Shown piece after piece: positions 49,001 to 61,900 of a stretch of 64,000 nucleotides of DNA. The notes beneath the pieces were generated by a model. The model had not been told where the DNA came from. It did not search any database and was given only the letters and a program-made list of their open reading frames with translations. Position numbers and translations under genes: made by a program. Source of the DNA: Paraphysomonas bandaiensis. Its lineage: Eukaryota > Protista > Chrysophyceae. Each line of letters starts with the position of its first letter. The stretch's first letter is position 1. The stretch lies in NCBI GenBank assembly GCA_965644295.1, contig CBFFRP010000362.1, positions 124,001 to 188,000 of the forward strand, read 5' to 3'.

Positions 49001-50564
49001 GACGATCCCTGTACTCCGACATCATTCCATCTGCAGCCTCTCGCTCACCCCGAGCGAATGACTCCTGGGAAGATAACTCCTCGATCCGGGCCCGCATACT
49101 TGAAACTTCCTGCTCCAGAAGCAGACTTTCAGAACGTTCTTTAGCAGTCCTGGCGGATGCAGCTTCTCGAAGGGCGCTATATTCCTCCAATTCCTTACCA
49201 CCCTAAATTTACATTAGAAAAGTGAGCACCACCTCATATCACATCGTGAACACCTATATTATATTCGTGATAGATACACATGATAACTACTCATTATAAT
49301 AGAAATTAGTTTATGTCATTTCGAACCATGTGTAGTCCCCCGGTTTTGCTTTCATCTTGAAGCTGTTTCTCGAGGCCCTCTTCGGCGTCTTCTAACAGAG
49401 CAATGTCATCCCTCAATCCCTCTAAGCTCTCCTCCTGAGCGGCTAAATCAGCCTCAAGCTTACCCTTAGCTTTTTCCTGATCAGTTTTCCGCTTCTCTAG
49501 TTTTCGCAGCTTCTCGCGCGCAACCGAGAGTTTAGGCGCAAGAGCACTAAGAAGCTTTTCCTTTGTGGCACATTCTTTTTCAGATGCAGCCACCTGTTTA
49601 CTGAGTCTGCCTAAAGAGCGCTTCTTATCGACCATATCTCGCTCGATTTCACTCTCAGCGGCGGCTGCCTCGTCTCCTTCTTTCGCTGCCTCTGCGCGAT
49701 TCTCTTGACACACCTCCATCTCACTTGTCAATCGCAAGATCTGCCATAACACTAGCTCCGTCTACAGTGGGAGGTTAGGCATAAGCATTAGTTAGGAATC
49801 AACATCTGTTGCGTGTGGGTACCTGCAGCTCATCCAGAGCATCACATTGCTGCTGAAAGTGCTCTGCTTCGTCTTTCTGTGCCTTTACTTCCCGTCTTTG
49901 AGTAACATACATCTTCCGCTTCTGCATTGAAAATATGGCGTTTTCTTCTGCAGTTTCCTTGCGCTGCTTCAGCTCTTCATACTCACGCTGCAGCTGGTCT
50001 GAACCGCATATTTGCTCAATCAACTTCGATAGCTCCAATGGCGACTATCACACAGCACATATAATTACGTTACGTAAAACACACTTCTTAAAATCACACC
50101 TTTGAGGCCACTGACTCGACGTCACCTTGAAACACCAGGAAATTACGAGCTTTCACCAGCACTCCTATTTTCTGAAGTACCTCCTCATAATCCTGGAAAG
50201 TAACTTCACCCCCATTGAGTCGGTAGGTCGACACACCAGATGCAGACACTGTGCGAGAAAATATAATCTCATCCCCCTCCTCCGTCCCTGATAGCTCCCC
50301 TCCTGAGGCCTCATACACCAATTTCACACTCGCTCGACGCTCTGGGGGGGAGTTCACATCCCTCCTGTATATCAGCTCCTTCAAATGGGAAGAGCGAAGG
50401 TGTCTCGACTGCACTCCAAGGACAAAACTAATCGCATCCATTAAATTGGATTTACCCGCCCCATTTGGCCCAATCACAGCAGTAAAATCATCGAATGGGC
50501 CAATGATCTGCACTCCCAAGTAAGATTTAAAGTTTTCAAGCTCTAGTCTCCTCAGACGGCCCAT
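45687..50564 (-). CDS. SMC1: Cohesin subunit SMC1
   Basis: ENFKSY, GPNGAGKSNLMDAISFVLG, NFLVFQGDVE, hinge GVHGRLVDLCRP...GTMTGG, LSGGEKTVAALALLF, LDEVDAALD, VVISLK; multi-exon with short GT-AG introns. Confidence 0.95.
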
Positions 50565-51160
50565 TGTGTATCTATATAATCCAGTAGTAAACAACAATTA
50601 ATGGAATATATAGATATATAAATCGTAATAATTCTACTATGAAAAGCCTCACCTTCAGACCCCCCCTTATGATAGTATGCAAATCTACCTTCACTCACAC
50701 GAGGTATTGAAGTGGAAGTGACTATAATATTCACTGACACAGTCTTCGAGGAGACTTCTTTAACTTACTTCTCACTTCGTCTTCCAATAGTGGAATATGA
50801 CCTGACTTCACGTGATGGGTATCCTTTTATGCAAGTCCAGTAAACCACTCCACTGTGTATAATGCCTCTTGCAATTGATATTGGCGTTATCCCTAAAAAT
50901 CCCTAAAATATATATAAAAACATACAAATTGGAGAAAATTGTACCACCATATTGAAAACAGGTTTAAAAAAACTGGTTTCAAGCACCTCAGAGCACCATG
51001 CACCACACACAGCAGGAACTCACCACCAGCACACAGCATCATATATACACATATACATATAACTCTAAACTCATTGCTATTTCCCCTTCCGTCATATGCA
51101 AAGAGGGAATTATTAAGCTTTGCTAGTGGTTCTGCATTAATATTTTGGTAGTGCTAAACC

Positions 51161-53613
51161 ATGTTAAAAATAGTAGGCTCATCAGGCCGAATGCGATGGC
51201 TGAATGCAGCTCAGGCCCGCAAATATATCACCACCCCTCTAGCTGCCGTATCAGCTCATGCGCCTCCGAAACATACCTTTAAACGCCATCTATCTACTTC
51301 TCAGAATCACTTCCGGGAGTGGGTAGATGAACAGAATGCAAGTTCTTATACTTATTTGACTTCAAAACTGAAAGCGAGCGACCCCATATCACATGAAGTA
51401 TATAGTTATAAAGTAGATTTTGAGGCCACATGTTCGGATGTGCAGTTTGCTCAAGAAGGTGCATACTTAGAAATAACGAATGCTGAAATGGAGAAGTATT
51501 TTCCTGAAGGTCTGGCTGGTGAAATGAAGGAAGAGATTACTGACACTGGGCGGAATGCGTGGATGGTCCGCAACACAGGGAAGGTCCTCTGCAGGTACCA
51601 TCGACTGCATTTTATGCATAGGAGCTTATATTAATGCGTTGTAGAGTAATTGAGGACTTTGAGCACAACATGAAATACGGTTCTTCTGCACCTATCCCTG
51701 AAGAGGGTCTCAGATTTCCTGTCGAATTGCATGACCTAACTGATGGTCCAGCATTGTGGGACAACTCCAAATTCCAGGTGATATAGGACATGACGCTGTT
51801 ACTCAACTCTATCTTATCACTATCCATCAGGTGTTCTCCTACAGTAACAAGAATTTGATAGACGTCCAGGACCCTGTGAAGAAAGGATTGAAGGTGGTGC
51901 GTGGGCCAGAATCCATAGTAGAAAAAACTCTTGAAGCGGTACGGAATCAGAATAACGGCTCCCTACCCAGCAAAATTATGCTCGCAGGTGCTTTGTACTG
52001 CATATTATAAATGTTATACATCCTACCTATACATACTGTGCTGAATTGGGGATACAGGAGAAAGGGGAGTGGGAAAATCAGCTGCATTGTGCCACGCAGT
52101 GTATCATGCTCGTAAACGTGGTTGGATCTGTGTTTATATCCCCAAAGGGTATGACCAGGTGCGTTTCCACAGCCAAATACATTGACTGTTAACACCGTAA
52201 CATTACGAAAAAGTCGCGTTTGTGATTACGAAGCATGCGTATACATGTTTTATAAATGTCTCTATGTGCAGGTCAACGGAGGCCTTTTTATTGAACCTGT
52301 GAGTAATACAACCGGGGAGACCGACCTCTTCGATAATACGATGATGTCTGCGGCCGCTTTGCGCAACTTGTGGAAGGCTCACCACCATGAACTCAAGGAT
52401 ATCCCTATCCGTAACCGGGAGAGGATAAATAAATACACTGGGGCCGTTTACAAGCTGCGAGAGGCCATTCAAAGAGAAGTGAAAGGCGCAGAACTGGCAG
52501 CTCGGGTGAGAATTTAAGCGTATTCAAACTAACGTATATATACATGCTATTTAACACGTTAACAGTATATGCTCCATCGCGTTTGTATTTAGCTAACAAT
52601 TGCTTCAGAAATTTACTGAATTGAGAGCAAATGAAATTGGCGAGGAAGATACCTTCTGGGAAGAGGATATACTGGATAGCCCCATCATTGATGATATGAA
52701 TAATTTCAACATCCATACTTTCGAATTAAATACCCTCGAGGATTTGTGCTTGATGGGCATCGCATTTCGGGATTACGCCGGGATTTCCTTTGTGGACGTT
52801 TTGGAGGAATTAAGGGCAATGGATGACCCGAATCGGCCAGTGCTAATCGCCATTGACGAGGTGAACTACTGGGACATGCCGACAGTGTACCAGTACCATG
52901 GTCGGAAGATCCGCTCTCCGGATATGTGTGTCCCTCACGCGACGAAATTTCTTTCACCACGCAAAAGTGACAATGACTCCGTTATGGGCAAGCATGTACT
53001 CTGTATAGGCGCTACCAGCATGCGCTACCCCGCCAAGAAGACTGACATGGTCACGTACATGAACTGCCGTAGCTCTCTTCCTTTCACCATTAAGGTCCCA
53101 TCCTACACACACGTTGAGTTCTTGGCTGCCATGAAGTACTACCTTGCACATAATTTGCTGGACCGCGGTGTGACCAACCAACAGCTTCTGGCTTATCGTA
53201 TGCATGTAGGGAACAATCCCCGCTTGGCCCGCAAAGAGGCGACGAAGTTTTTCCTTCCTATCATGGCAGACCACACATCTCGTATGTACTTAACTCAAAT
53301 TTCTCATGGGATCGACATTGTGCCCCCTGCAACTGATCTAGATGAAATTGGGGATGATAAGGTTTCTGACATGCACTATGAGGTGGTCAGTGAGTCCACT
53401 GCTGAAAAAGTGTACGGCACCCATGCTAAAGATATCGATGTGGATATATCACGTATGAGCCAGGCAGAGATCGAGCAAGAGTTCAATAGCCTCACAGATG
53501 TTCCTGATCTTGATGATTTAAAGAAGTGCGACGCCAGCCCTCTGGTATCACGTAATGGTGACCTTGACATCTCCGATATTCAAGATCTGGAGCGTGACCA
53601 GGATATCGTTTAA
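51161..53613 (+). CDS. DAP3: Mitochondrial ribosomal protein mS29 / DAP3
   Basis: Mitochondrial-type presequence, P-loop GERGVGKS (~52058-52081), GWICVYIP, PVLIAIDEVN; several short introns. Confidence 0.78.
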
Positions 53614-53877
53614 GTTGGAATGCTGCATAATAGGGTAGCACCATGAAGTTATAATATAGCTAGAATTGTACGGTGTGGTACATAATAATTGCAGTTGCAA
53701 TCTTGTCTGACACTGTAGATTGTAACAATATTTAATGCATTTCGTTCCACTGCATCAAACAATGAGATAAGAAAGTGTAATCGTAATACGCTGCTGTCAT
53801 GACTAGTATGTCAGTATATCAGGGCCTGTCAAGTTATGACACAATTGGATGATTTACTAAGTTAACTGGACGTGTAT

Positions 53878-54150
53878 TCACTCATTAAGCTTAACAGCAT
53901 CTTTCTCATATCTTGTCAATTCAAATTCTTCACCTGCTTGGAATTTTGCAATTCCATTCTCAAAATTCGGATCATTGACAATGGAACTGTTTTTCTTTAA
54001 AGCAGATAGTGGATACTTCGCCCCGAAGTCCCACAATAAGCCACCAAAAATGTCCCGGCATTCATAACGATTCACTTGACTAGGTCGTCCGTGTACACAC
54101 CGGACTCCAAAAATAGCGGTTATGTCCCTACTTTTGTATGCATTCATCGT
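53878..54150 (-). pseudogene. hAT-like transposase fragment
   Basis: SIVNDPNFENGIAKFQAGEEFELTRYEK, homologous to the 55623-56072 fragment. Confidence 0.55.
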
Positions 54151-54221
54151 TCAGAGTTCAGATCTCTCGTCTTATCACTATATGATATATATTTGTATTA
54201 AGAGAATTACTGTATGTGTAC

Positions 54222-54617
54222 ATCCCTCATCAAAGTCGGACTCGCACCTTTTCGTGGTGTTCTGGGGGATAAGTACCGGAGAGATTCTCTCTGGGAAACT
54301 AACGTGAGCCACAAACATAGTCAGCAGATATTCTTCTGCCCACTCATAGCCGAATGCTTGTGTGGTACAGGGGACACCAATAAGTGTCACTTGTGTGGAC
54401 GTCTTTGGGCCCTGACGAATAAACAGGCATCCGGGAATAGGCCCACCTCAAGGGTATCCGGGACAGGGCCCACCTGAAGGGTAACCGGGATATTGGGCTG
54501 CCTGCTGAAGTCAAGCATCCGGGATGTTCACCTCAAGAACTCAGAGCGGAAGTGGTCGCACCTTGGTGCTTGTGGCGACGCACAAGCAGCTTCCGTAGCG
54601 TTAAATAGTAGGATAAA
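54222..54617 (+). mobile_element. SINE/SIDE-like copy 4 (5' complete, tail missing)
   Basis: High similarity to the reverse complement of 10794-11178; internal ~27-bp repeats GCATCCGGG...GGCCCACCT. Confidence 0.8.
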
Positions 54618-55049
54618 CAGGTGTTGCTGTAAACAGATGATTTACCAGATGTTAGATGAATATGTAGTGAAGTATTCAGATTAATAATTATAATTTCTTA
54701 CTTGAAAGTGCATTGTGTTCAACAAAGCAAGGTTAAGGTTTACGGTTTACGTGTAGAGCAAAGTTAACTTCAGTGAAATGACCAATTCTAACACCATGTA
54801 AAGAATTTTATGTCGGCATCTGTAACACCCTTCTATTGGTGTCAGCATCATGTAATACAATAGCGAGTTCAATTTCTTTGACGCGCTGCTCATCAACACT
54901 CGATATCGACTGTTGTTCTTCAATAATAATTGCTCTGATCCTTCTCAGAGCTATATGAAACAAACTAGAGTCATGAACCTCCATTTTAGGTTCTCCCTCC
55001 ATAGTAATAATAGATAAATAACAATGAACATGTCTACAACTACAATACT

Positions 55050-56383
55050 ATCTACAAGCAAATTCTAGAGTACAGATATTGCAACTTATTACCAGTAATC
55101 AATATATACATATGATTCCCAGGCCAGAGGAAGGAACATTACTTTGCTGTTTTTGCAACATGGACCGATGCCAATGAAGTACAGGAGGTGCTACTTTTCT
55201 GTCGTGCAAGATGAAGATGAAGACTCGGACATGGATTTCACTGCTGAGCCACTACGAGATTACTTATTCGATGAGTTGCAGCTGGTTGGGTGTGATTTCC
55301 ATGCAATTGAATTCATATCGGGTGACAATACAAGTTGTAATCCGAAATTGGCACGTCTTATTGGTAATTTAGTTTTGACAGACCTGTTCCTCTCATAGGC
55401 TGTGATAGTCACAAATTAAATCTGGCTGTTATGCTTCATATTTTTCTAATGGGTATTCAGGCCTGGTGGACAAGTTGACTGATTTGTGCCAACAGCTACG
55501 AAGAATGCTAGTAAGCTCCGTAAGAAAGGTCTTCTCTGTGCATTAATGAAACAAGATACCAGGCGGGGCTCCACATTCGCAATGATAGACCGCTACTTGC
55601 TTCTATCTAATCATTTGCGATCATGCGAGTTTGGTTCCGACGTGTTATAAGTCTAATACCAAGTGAAATGGAGCATGCCAAGCTCGTGCAATTAAGGGAG
55701 GAATTGGAATTCTTTCAACTAGTGCCCATATACAATTACAGAAGGAAAGTGAACACCAGCTCGACCTCCACGACGTTCGCCTATTGTTTGACGAACTTAC
55801 CATTAGACACCCAATTATCAGCGTCATCTCTGGGCAGCAATGTCGCTATTATTCATAACGCTGCTTTCGAAAAGACAGTCGTGAAGATTCAATGTGGCAA
55901 TCAAGCCGCACTAACTCGGACGGAAAAGGGTCTAATTAAAATATTTTTGCTCGATGAGGATGAAGAAGATGATGACAGTGAGAATCTAGTTCAGAATGAC
56001 GACGCAGCGCAACGTTTGATTGATGATAGCAGACAGCGGAAGCGAGCACGTCTTAACCAGCAAACTCATTAAGCACTTGCATGCCACAACCGATAAGGTT
56101 GAAAGGTTATTCAGTAGAGCTAAGATTGTTATGACGGATTTGCACAAGAGTATGACTCCTCGGCATTTGGGGTTACTGATGCTTTTACGCATGAACCGTC
56201 GCCTCCGGAATGAAAAGACAGTTGATGTAGCTATAATGGCAGCTGATATAGTTTAGTATTAAATAATTGCAATTAATTGCAATAGTTGAAATTGAAACAG
56301 CAAGTAATAATGGCAATTATAATTGACTACAACCTGCTTCAATTAATTGACAATAATTGACAATTAATTGATACGCAGCCCTG
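55050..56383 (+). mobile_element. Degenerate hAT-like transposon with right TIR
   Basis: Broken transposase (FISGDNTSCN, GCxSHKLNLAV, VERLFSRAK..MTD); terminus CAATTAATTGATACGCAGCCCTG. Left boundary uncertain. Confidence 0.75.
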
Positions 56384-57362
56384 CTAATGAAATACATAAG
56401 TACTGCTGTATTACTGGATAATCTGGCAATACACGTTATCAGCGTGGATATCAAACCCGGAATTCTACAGTAAAATTCTCCAGCCTTAAGCATCAATATA
56501 TATATATAATAATATATTATACATATATTCATATATATCATCATAAAATATCTTCATCATTATACTTCATTATTGGTCATTCTGTCTGTCTTTGTCTTTT
56601 GAATAGATGTATAAGTATCAATGATAAGCATGATTTGTCATAGTCTTAAAATATCATATAGCTGAATGTGGAATTTGGTTATAATAATAGTAATCAACCT
56701 ATGTTGCACATATAGTATGTACAAACTTAAGCATATACAATAGAGAATTCACATAGTATAAAATAACCAGATAGCTGGTTATTACACATCATGTAATATA
56801 TCCTAACTTAAGTGCGTAGGCTATTTATATAAGCATGTGTCCCAAAGAGTTAGAATGTTATTTGCCTCATTTTGGACAGCTAAAATGCTAATTGGAATAC
56901 TGGCAACATATGCATCGGCACGCAATAGCCGTCAATCTACTTTGGCAAAATACCTCGAAGCTAATTATACCATTGTTGCATGTATATGCTATATCTTAAG
57001 GATAAGATGAATTAGCAATTCTTAGTAAATGCGTACGAGTGTTAAAGAATCTCAGCTGTAGCAAGAAGACAAATAAACATTTAAATCTCCTCATAATATA
57101 TTATCATGCAGCGAATAAAAATACTATGGATATAAATAAAGATGTAATAACAGTTCCACGGAGATGTGTAAGAGTGTCATCAAAGCATCACAATCACAGA
57201 TTAATTAATTGTTACATCACCTTTGTGTTTCATGCCCAATATGAACATTGTCGCTCTTCGTGCGAACTGCCATACACTTACACAGCACGGTTGGTATCTA
57301 ATTGCACGTATCACACTACTAAACATGCATCATATCATCTAAACAACAGTACCAGTTGCGTT

Positions 57363-58211
57363 TTATAACAATTCCGCACACTGAGGTGGGATCGGATAGC
57401 CAAGGCATTCCCACTCGTATTTGTACAACTCCGACTGACACATCATCCGCACTCCTTTATCGGACAGGAACGTTGAATTGTTTAAATCTTTATCGATCTC
57501 CTTATGAGTAAGCGGAAGAGATCTTGGCAATGGGGATCTTAGCCTACCACTGCGATTTTTTGATACATACTTTTCTATTTCTTTGACAACTACCCCCCAA
57601 TCTACAGCAATATTCTCCAAAGCACCAACATACGACAATGGCAAAAACTTGCCGTCAAGATCCTTCGTAATCAATCTGTAGGTAGACGGCTGGAGATGGG
57701 TATTTACCCATTTACCAGGACTTTCCGAGTGTAGTTTAATCTGCATTTCCAGTACTTCATCACCTGTCATGTTACGCAACGCAGGGATATAATTCCGAGC
57801 TTCCCGAACACCAGATTCGAATTTGTGAACAGGGTCACGAGCAAAAGCATATATAAATTTGTTTTGTAGTTGCTCTGTCGTATAACACGTAGACATGTGA
57901 CGAATAACGCCACCATGGACACACTTGGGACTGATTCTATGCCCCACAGAGTGTCGAGGGACCTCCCACTTGGCACCAAACGACCTCTCCATCTCACGAC
58001 GAACAGATCGTGTTCCAGTCTTTGGATTATCCATAAATATCACTCCACTATTTAGCGCTGGGATCAGATGGTCTATTTCCCAGTTCTTCTCTGGAAACCG
58101 TAACTTCATACTGCAGTTGTTAAGTAAATGAGCCCGAGAAAAACCATCTAAACCTGATACTTCCATTGCGATAACAAGCACCAGTACGCATAAATACCTT
58201 AATCGTGACAT
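57363..58211 (-). CDS. Sulfotransferase (Sulfotransfer_2/CHST-like)
   Basis: Signal anchor; PAPS motifs NPKTGTRS and FARDPVHKFESG; HLQP; VGALENI. Confidence 0.8.
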   Translation of the reverse strand: MSRLRYLCVLVLVIAMEVSGLDGFSRAHLLNNCSMKLRFPEKNWEIDHLIPALNSGVIFMDNPKTGTRSVRREMERSFGAKWEVPRHSVGHRISPKCVHGGVIRHMSTCYTTEQLQNKFIYAFARDPVHKFESGVREARNYIPALRNMTGDEVLEMQIKLHSESPGKWVNTHLQPSTYRLITKDLDGKFLPLSYVGALENIAVDWGVVVKEIEKYVSKNRSGRLRSPLPRSLPLTHKEIDKDLNNSTFLSDKGVRMMCQSELYKYEWECLGYPIPPQCAELL

Positions 58212-58277
58212 GAGTACTCAGTATATCAGATTGATAAGTGTACTGGCATCTTCCTCGAACCAATATCCATCTAGCTC

Positions 58278-58736
58278 TGTATGTATGTATGTATGTATGT
58301 ATGTATGTATGTATGTATGTATGTATGTATGTATGTATGTATGTATGTATGTATGTATGTATGTATGTATGTATGTATGTATGTATGTATGTATGTATGT
58401 ATGTATGTATGTATGTATGTATGTATGTATGTATGTATGTATGTATGTATGTATGTATGTATGTATGTATGTATGTATGTATGTATGTATGTATGTATGT
58501 ATGTATGTATGTATGTATGTATGTATGTATGTATGTATGTATGTATGTATGTATGTATGTATGTATGTATGTATGTATGTATGTATGTATGTATGTATGT
58601 ATGTATGTATGTATGTATGTATGTATGTATGTATGTATGTATGTATGTATGTATGTATGTATGTATGTATGTATGTATGTATGTATGTATGTATGTATGT
58701 ATGTATGTATGTATGTATGTATGTATGTATGTATGT
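58278..58736. repeat. (TATG)n microsatellite
   Basis: Perfect array of ~460 bp. Confidence 0.98.
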
Positions 58737-58913
58737 GTTGTTCTTGTTGCTGTCCATTGAACGGTAGTGTCAGATCATATTGTCCTCCTTCCACATCATG
58801 GCATCATCTCATTGCATTATATGATGGTATTCTGTCAGCATATGCTGTTTGTTATTTGAGTGTTGTTGTGCGGTGTATGCGTCAGGTGTTGTTCGGGTAT
58901 ATCTTCAGAGGGG

Positions 58914-61900
58914 ATGATTTCCAACTTATATAAACGATCAGCCGCACAGCGCTTAGGTATAACAGCTGCTCTCCGCCTTTCAAGCTTGCCGACGAAATCA
59001 GTTCATCTCAAGCATTGTGTGGATATATCTGTGAAAGAGAACATAAAGGTCGTTAAGGTCTTCCCATCTCATGAAGATATTGATACCGGCCAGAGTCGTG
59101 CAGTTACAATGCAGAGAATGAAAGTAAAGTCATTAGATTTGTGCATTAATGAAGTTTTGGACTCTATGGATGGAAAGGATTGGATTGGTTCCTTGCAACG
59201 ACTTGTTTTATTTCATTCTGATATGAGATGTGACGATACCCAGCGCGCATTAGATGTTCTTTTGTCGAAACTGCGAAAGAACTCACACGGTTTTACCCTC
59301 CATGATTTTTGTCTTGGGTTTTCAGGTTTGGAGAAGCTGCACAGTGCAGGTGTGGATGTTTCTCAATGTAGTGAAGCTCTATCTGAGTGTACTTCACGCT
59401 ACCAATGCTCATCGCAGTATGCTATTGATGGCAACGGCCTCGCAAGATTGGTCAATAGTCTTCAGATCCTTTCGGGTACTCTTCCAGGGTCCCGTGTGTT
59501 AGTTAAAAAGATTGCAGAGGAGGTCAATGCCAGTACTGCCCAATGGAGTGTCAAGCAACTGGGGATTTCGCTTGCAGGACTACAGAACTTATCAAACAAG
59601 CATGCCGAGGTCCGGTCGCTAATTGAAGCGATTGTTCAGCACTGTGATACCCACAAACTCAGAATTGATGGCCCCTTACCCCACGATGCATTTGTTTGTT
59701 TCAGAAACATGTCTACAGTCTGCCCTGAAATTTCAAGTCTCGTTAAGCTGCTGACGAATATAGTAGTAGTGGCGCCCAATTGTCTTGCGCATCCTACCCC
59801 GAAGACTATATGTGAGGATATATTGCCTCATATTACCAATCTCCCACAAAATGATCCCAGTGTGTCCAGACTACACGACGTACTCTGTGCGTCGATTTCT
59901 TCTAGCATTGAGGTACACCGTAATCCTCGTCACTTGTCCATTTCCGGTATTTCAAATACACTAGATTGTTTAAATGACATGTGCATTTCTTCTGAAAACT
60001 TGAGAACACTACTTGTTTTTCTCTGTGGTCAAATTAAAGATTCAAAGGGTGCAGTCACTGATGCCCTCATTAAGTCTTCTTTTCGCATACTTTCACACAA
60101 GAATGTTTCTCCGGAAGTATCGTATACTATCCTCGAAGCTATCAACCACAAGCTTCGTTTGTTTCTGGATGATCATGCTGATGCGAACTTAGCGAGAGCT
60201 CGACTTCCATTTCCATTTACGTCAGAGGCATGTGCGGCTGTGTGTGGTAGTATGCATGTCATGACCAGCAGAAAGGAAGTTGTTCAAGAGACCCTGTTCA
60301 CACTTGCCAGACTTATGGAGTGCACCCAGTCAAAGCATCTTGGCACATCCAGTATGCTGCATGCAATTGCCGGCCTGCATGAAATGAATGCAGTCCATCC
60401 GGGAGTCTCTGATTTTTTATATATGATAAGTAATAAACTCCGGTGCTCTATTAGTATTAAACCGCCTCATGAAGTGACTGTGGAGAATGTTGTGAATGCC
60501 TTCCGAGGATTGCAGAGGGTACACAACCCCGATGGTAGTGTACATGATCTTTACACTGTTCTTGTGGACTGGCTAAATAAAGTTACATCTCCTGATGTGA
60601 GTGGAAATCGACCGGTGATGACCAAGCAACAGATGTACGCTGTATTGAGATCAATTTTACCGAAGGTTGACAGTAGAACACCGTGCCTTCGTGTGCTAGT
60701 GGATACGCTTCTATCAACTGTTGATATCACCACTAGCCCACCTGTGGGCGACTCGGAATCCATCTGGAGAGTAGTATCTGCTCTCAATAAGTTGCACTCT
60801 TCTCATCCCTCAATGCACCCATTAATTAACGTTGTTGCATCAGACCTGAGGAAGTCCGATACGTTACCATCGACACTAGATGTTGAGTTCTTTGCATATG
60901 GCCTTCGTGGTCTTAATTCTAACCGTGCGGAAGCACGTAATCTACTGCGTAGCCTTAGCACCAAACTTCAAGTCTACGATGGTGCGATTAATCCCAAGCG
61001 ATTACCAATAGTTCTTCAGGGAATGTCGTATATGAACAGTGATCATATCGAGGTTCGAAAGTATATATGCGCATTGACTCCATTGCTACAACGCCTGCCT
61101 CCATTATCTGTTCCATTGCGAGACATAGAACATTCTATCCATTCGCTACGCAATCTCAGTAGTGAACATGAGGAGGTCACATTACTTGTTCAGTCTTTAG
61201 TTAATGTCCTCTCTACTGATAGCCGCTATGGACGGAATATTGTAGCGGACAGTTTGTTAGGGTTTCAACGATTAAACCTTGCGCATCCTGCTGTCGCTAA
61301 ATTATTTGAACTCGTTCTTGAGGCGGTTGAGGATCCTAATGCTGACGTAAAGTTTAACTATTTGGTGACATCCTTGCGTGGACTTGCAGGATTCAACAGC
61401 ACATGCAACTCCGTGAGGCGTATGGTTAATGCATTGGCGAGTATTCTGAACTCAAGCGACAGTGAAATTCCACTGCGACATTTATGTGGTGCTATATATG
61501 GCTTGACGTCCATGACTAGTGATTATCCTGAAGTCCGTAAATATATCAGTGCACTATCAGATAAGTTGACATATCACTGCAGTGGCAAGCTGACATCAGC
61601 AGACGTTGATAAAGCTCTGATCGGCCTCCGCGGTCTCAAATCCGAACATGATGAAGTCAGAGTGCTGATTCGAGCACTTTTACCCCGTCTGGAAGTGTGC
61701 AATGAAAGCGGGTCGGCGGATTATCTTGGCCCTTGTATTTATGGTGTCCAGAATATGTCTGTTGAGTATGAAGAGGTGCGTGACCTGCTTATGTTTCTCG
61801 CACACCGTGTTCGCCGGAGTCAGGGTAGCATGAGCATGGCGAGCATAGCGAACAGCTTGTTTGCCATTCGTCACATGGGATTACATAGCAGTCATCTTGA

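Noticed and set aside
54268-54300. Stem followed by GAAAC resembling a hammerhead core
   Set aside because: No CUGANGA upstream of the stem.
54420-54535. ~27-bp repeats resembling a CRISPR array
   Set aside because: Only 2-3 tandem units without unique spacers, inside a dispersed retroposon; no cas genes; eukaryotic context.
54590-54617. CGTTAAATAG resembling a pistol ribozyme motif
   Set aside because: The required P1 pseudoknot and P2/P3 pairings could not be built.
58120-58933. Long MYVC/HTYI ORFs
   Set aside because: Same microsatellite artefact.
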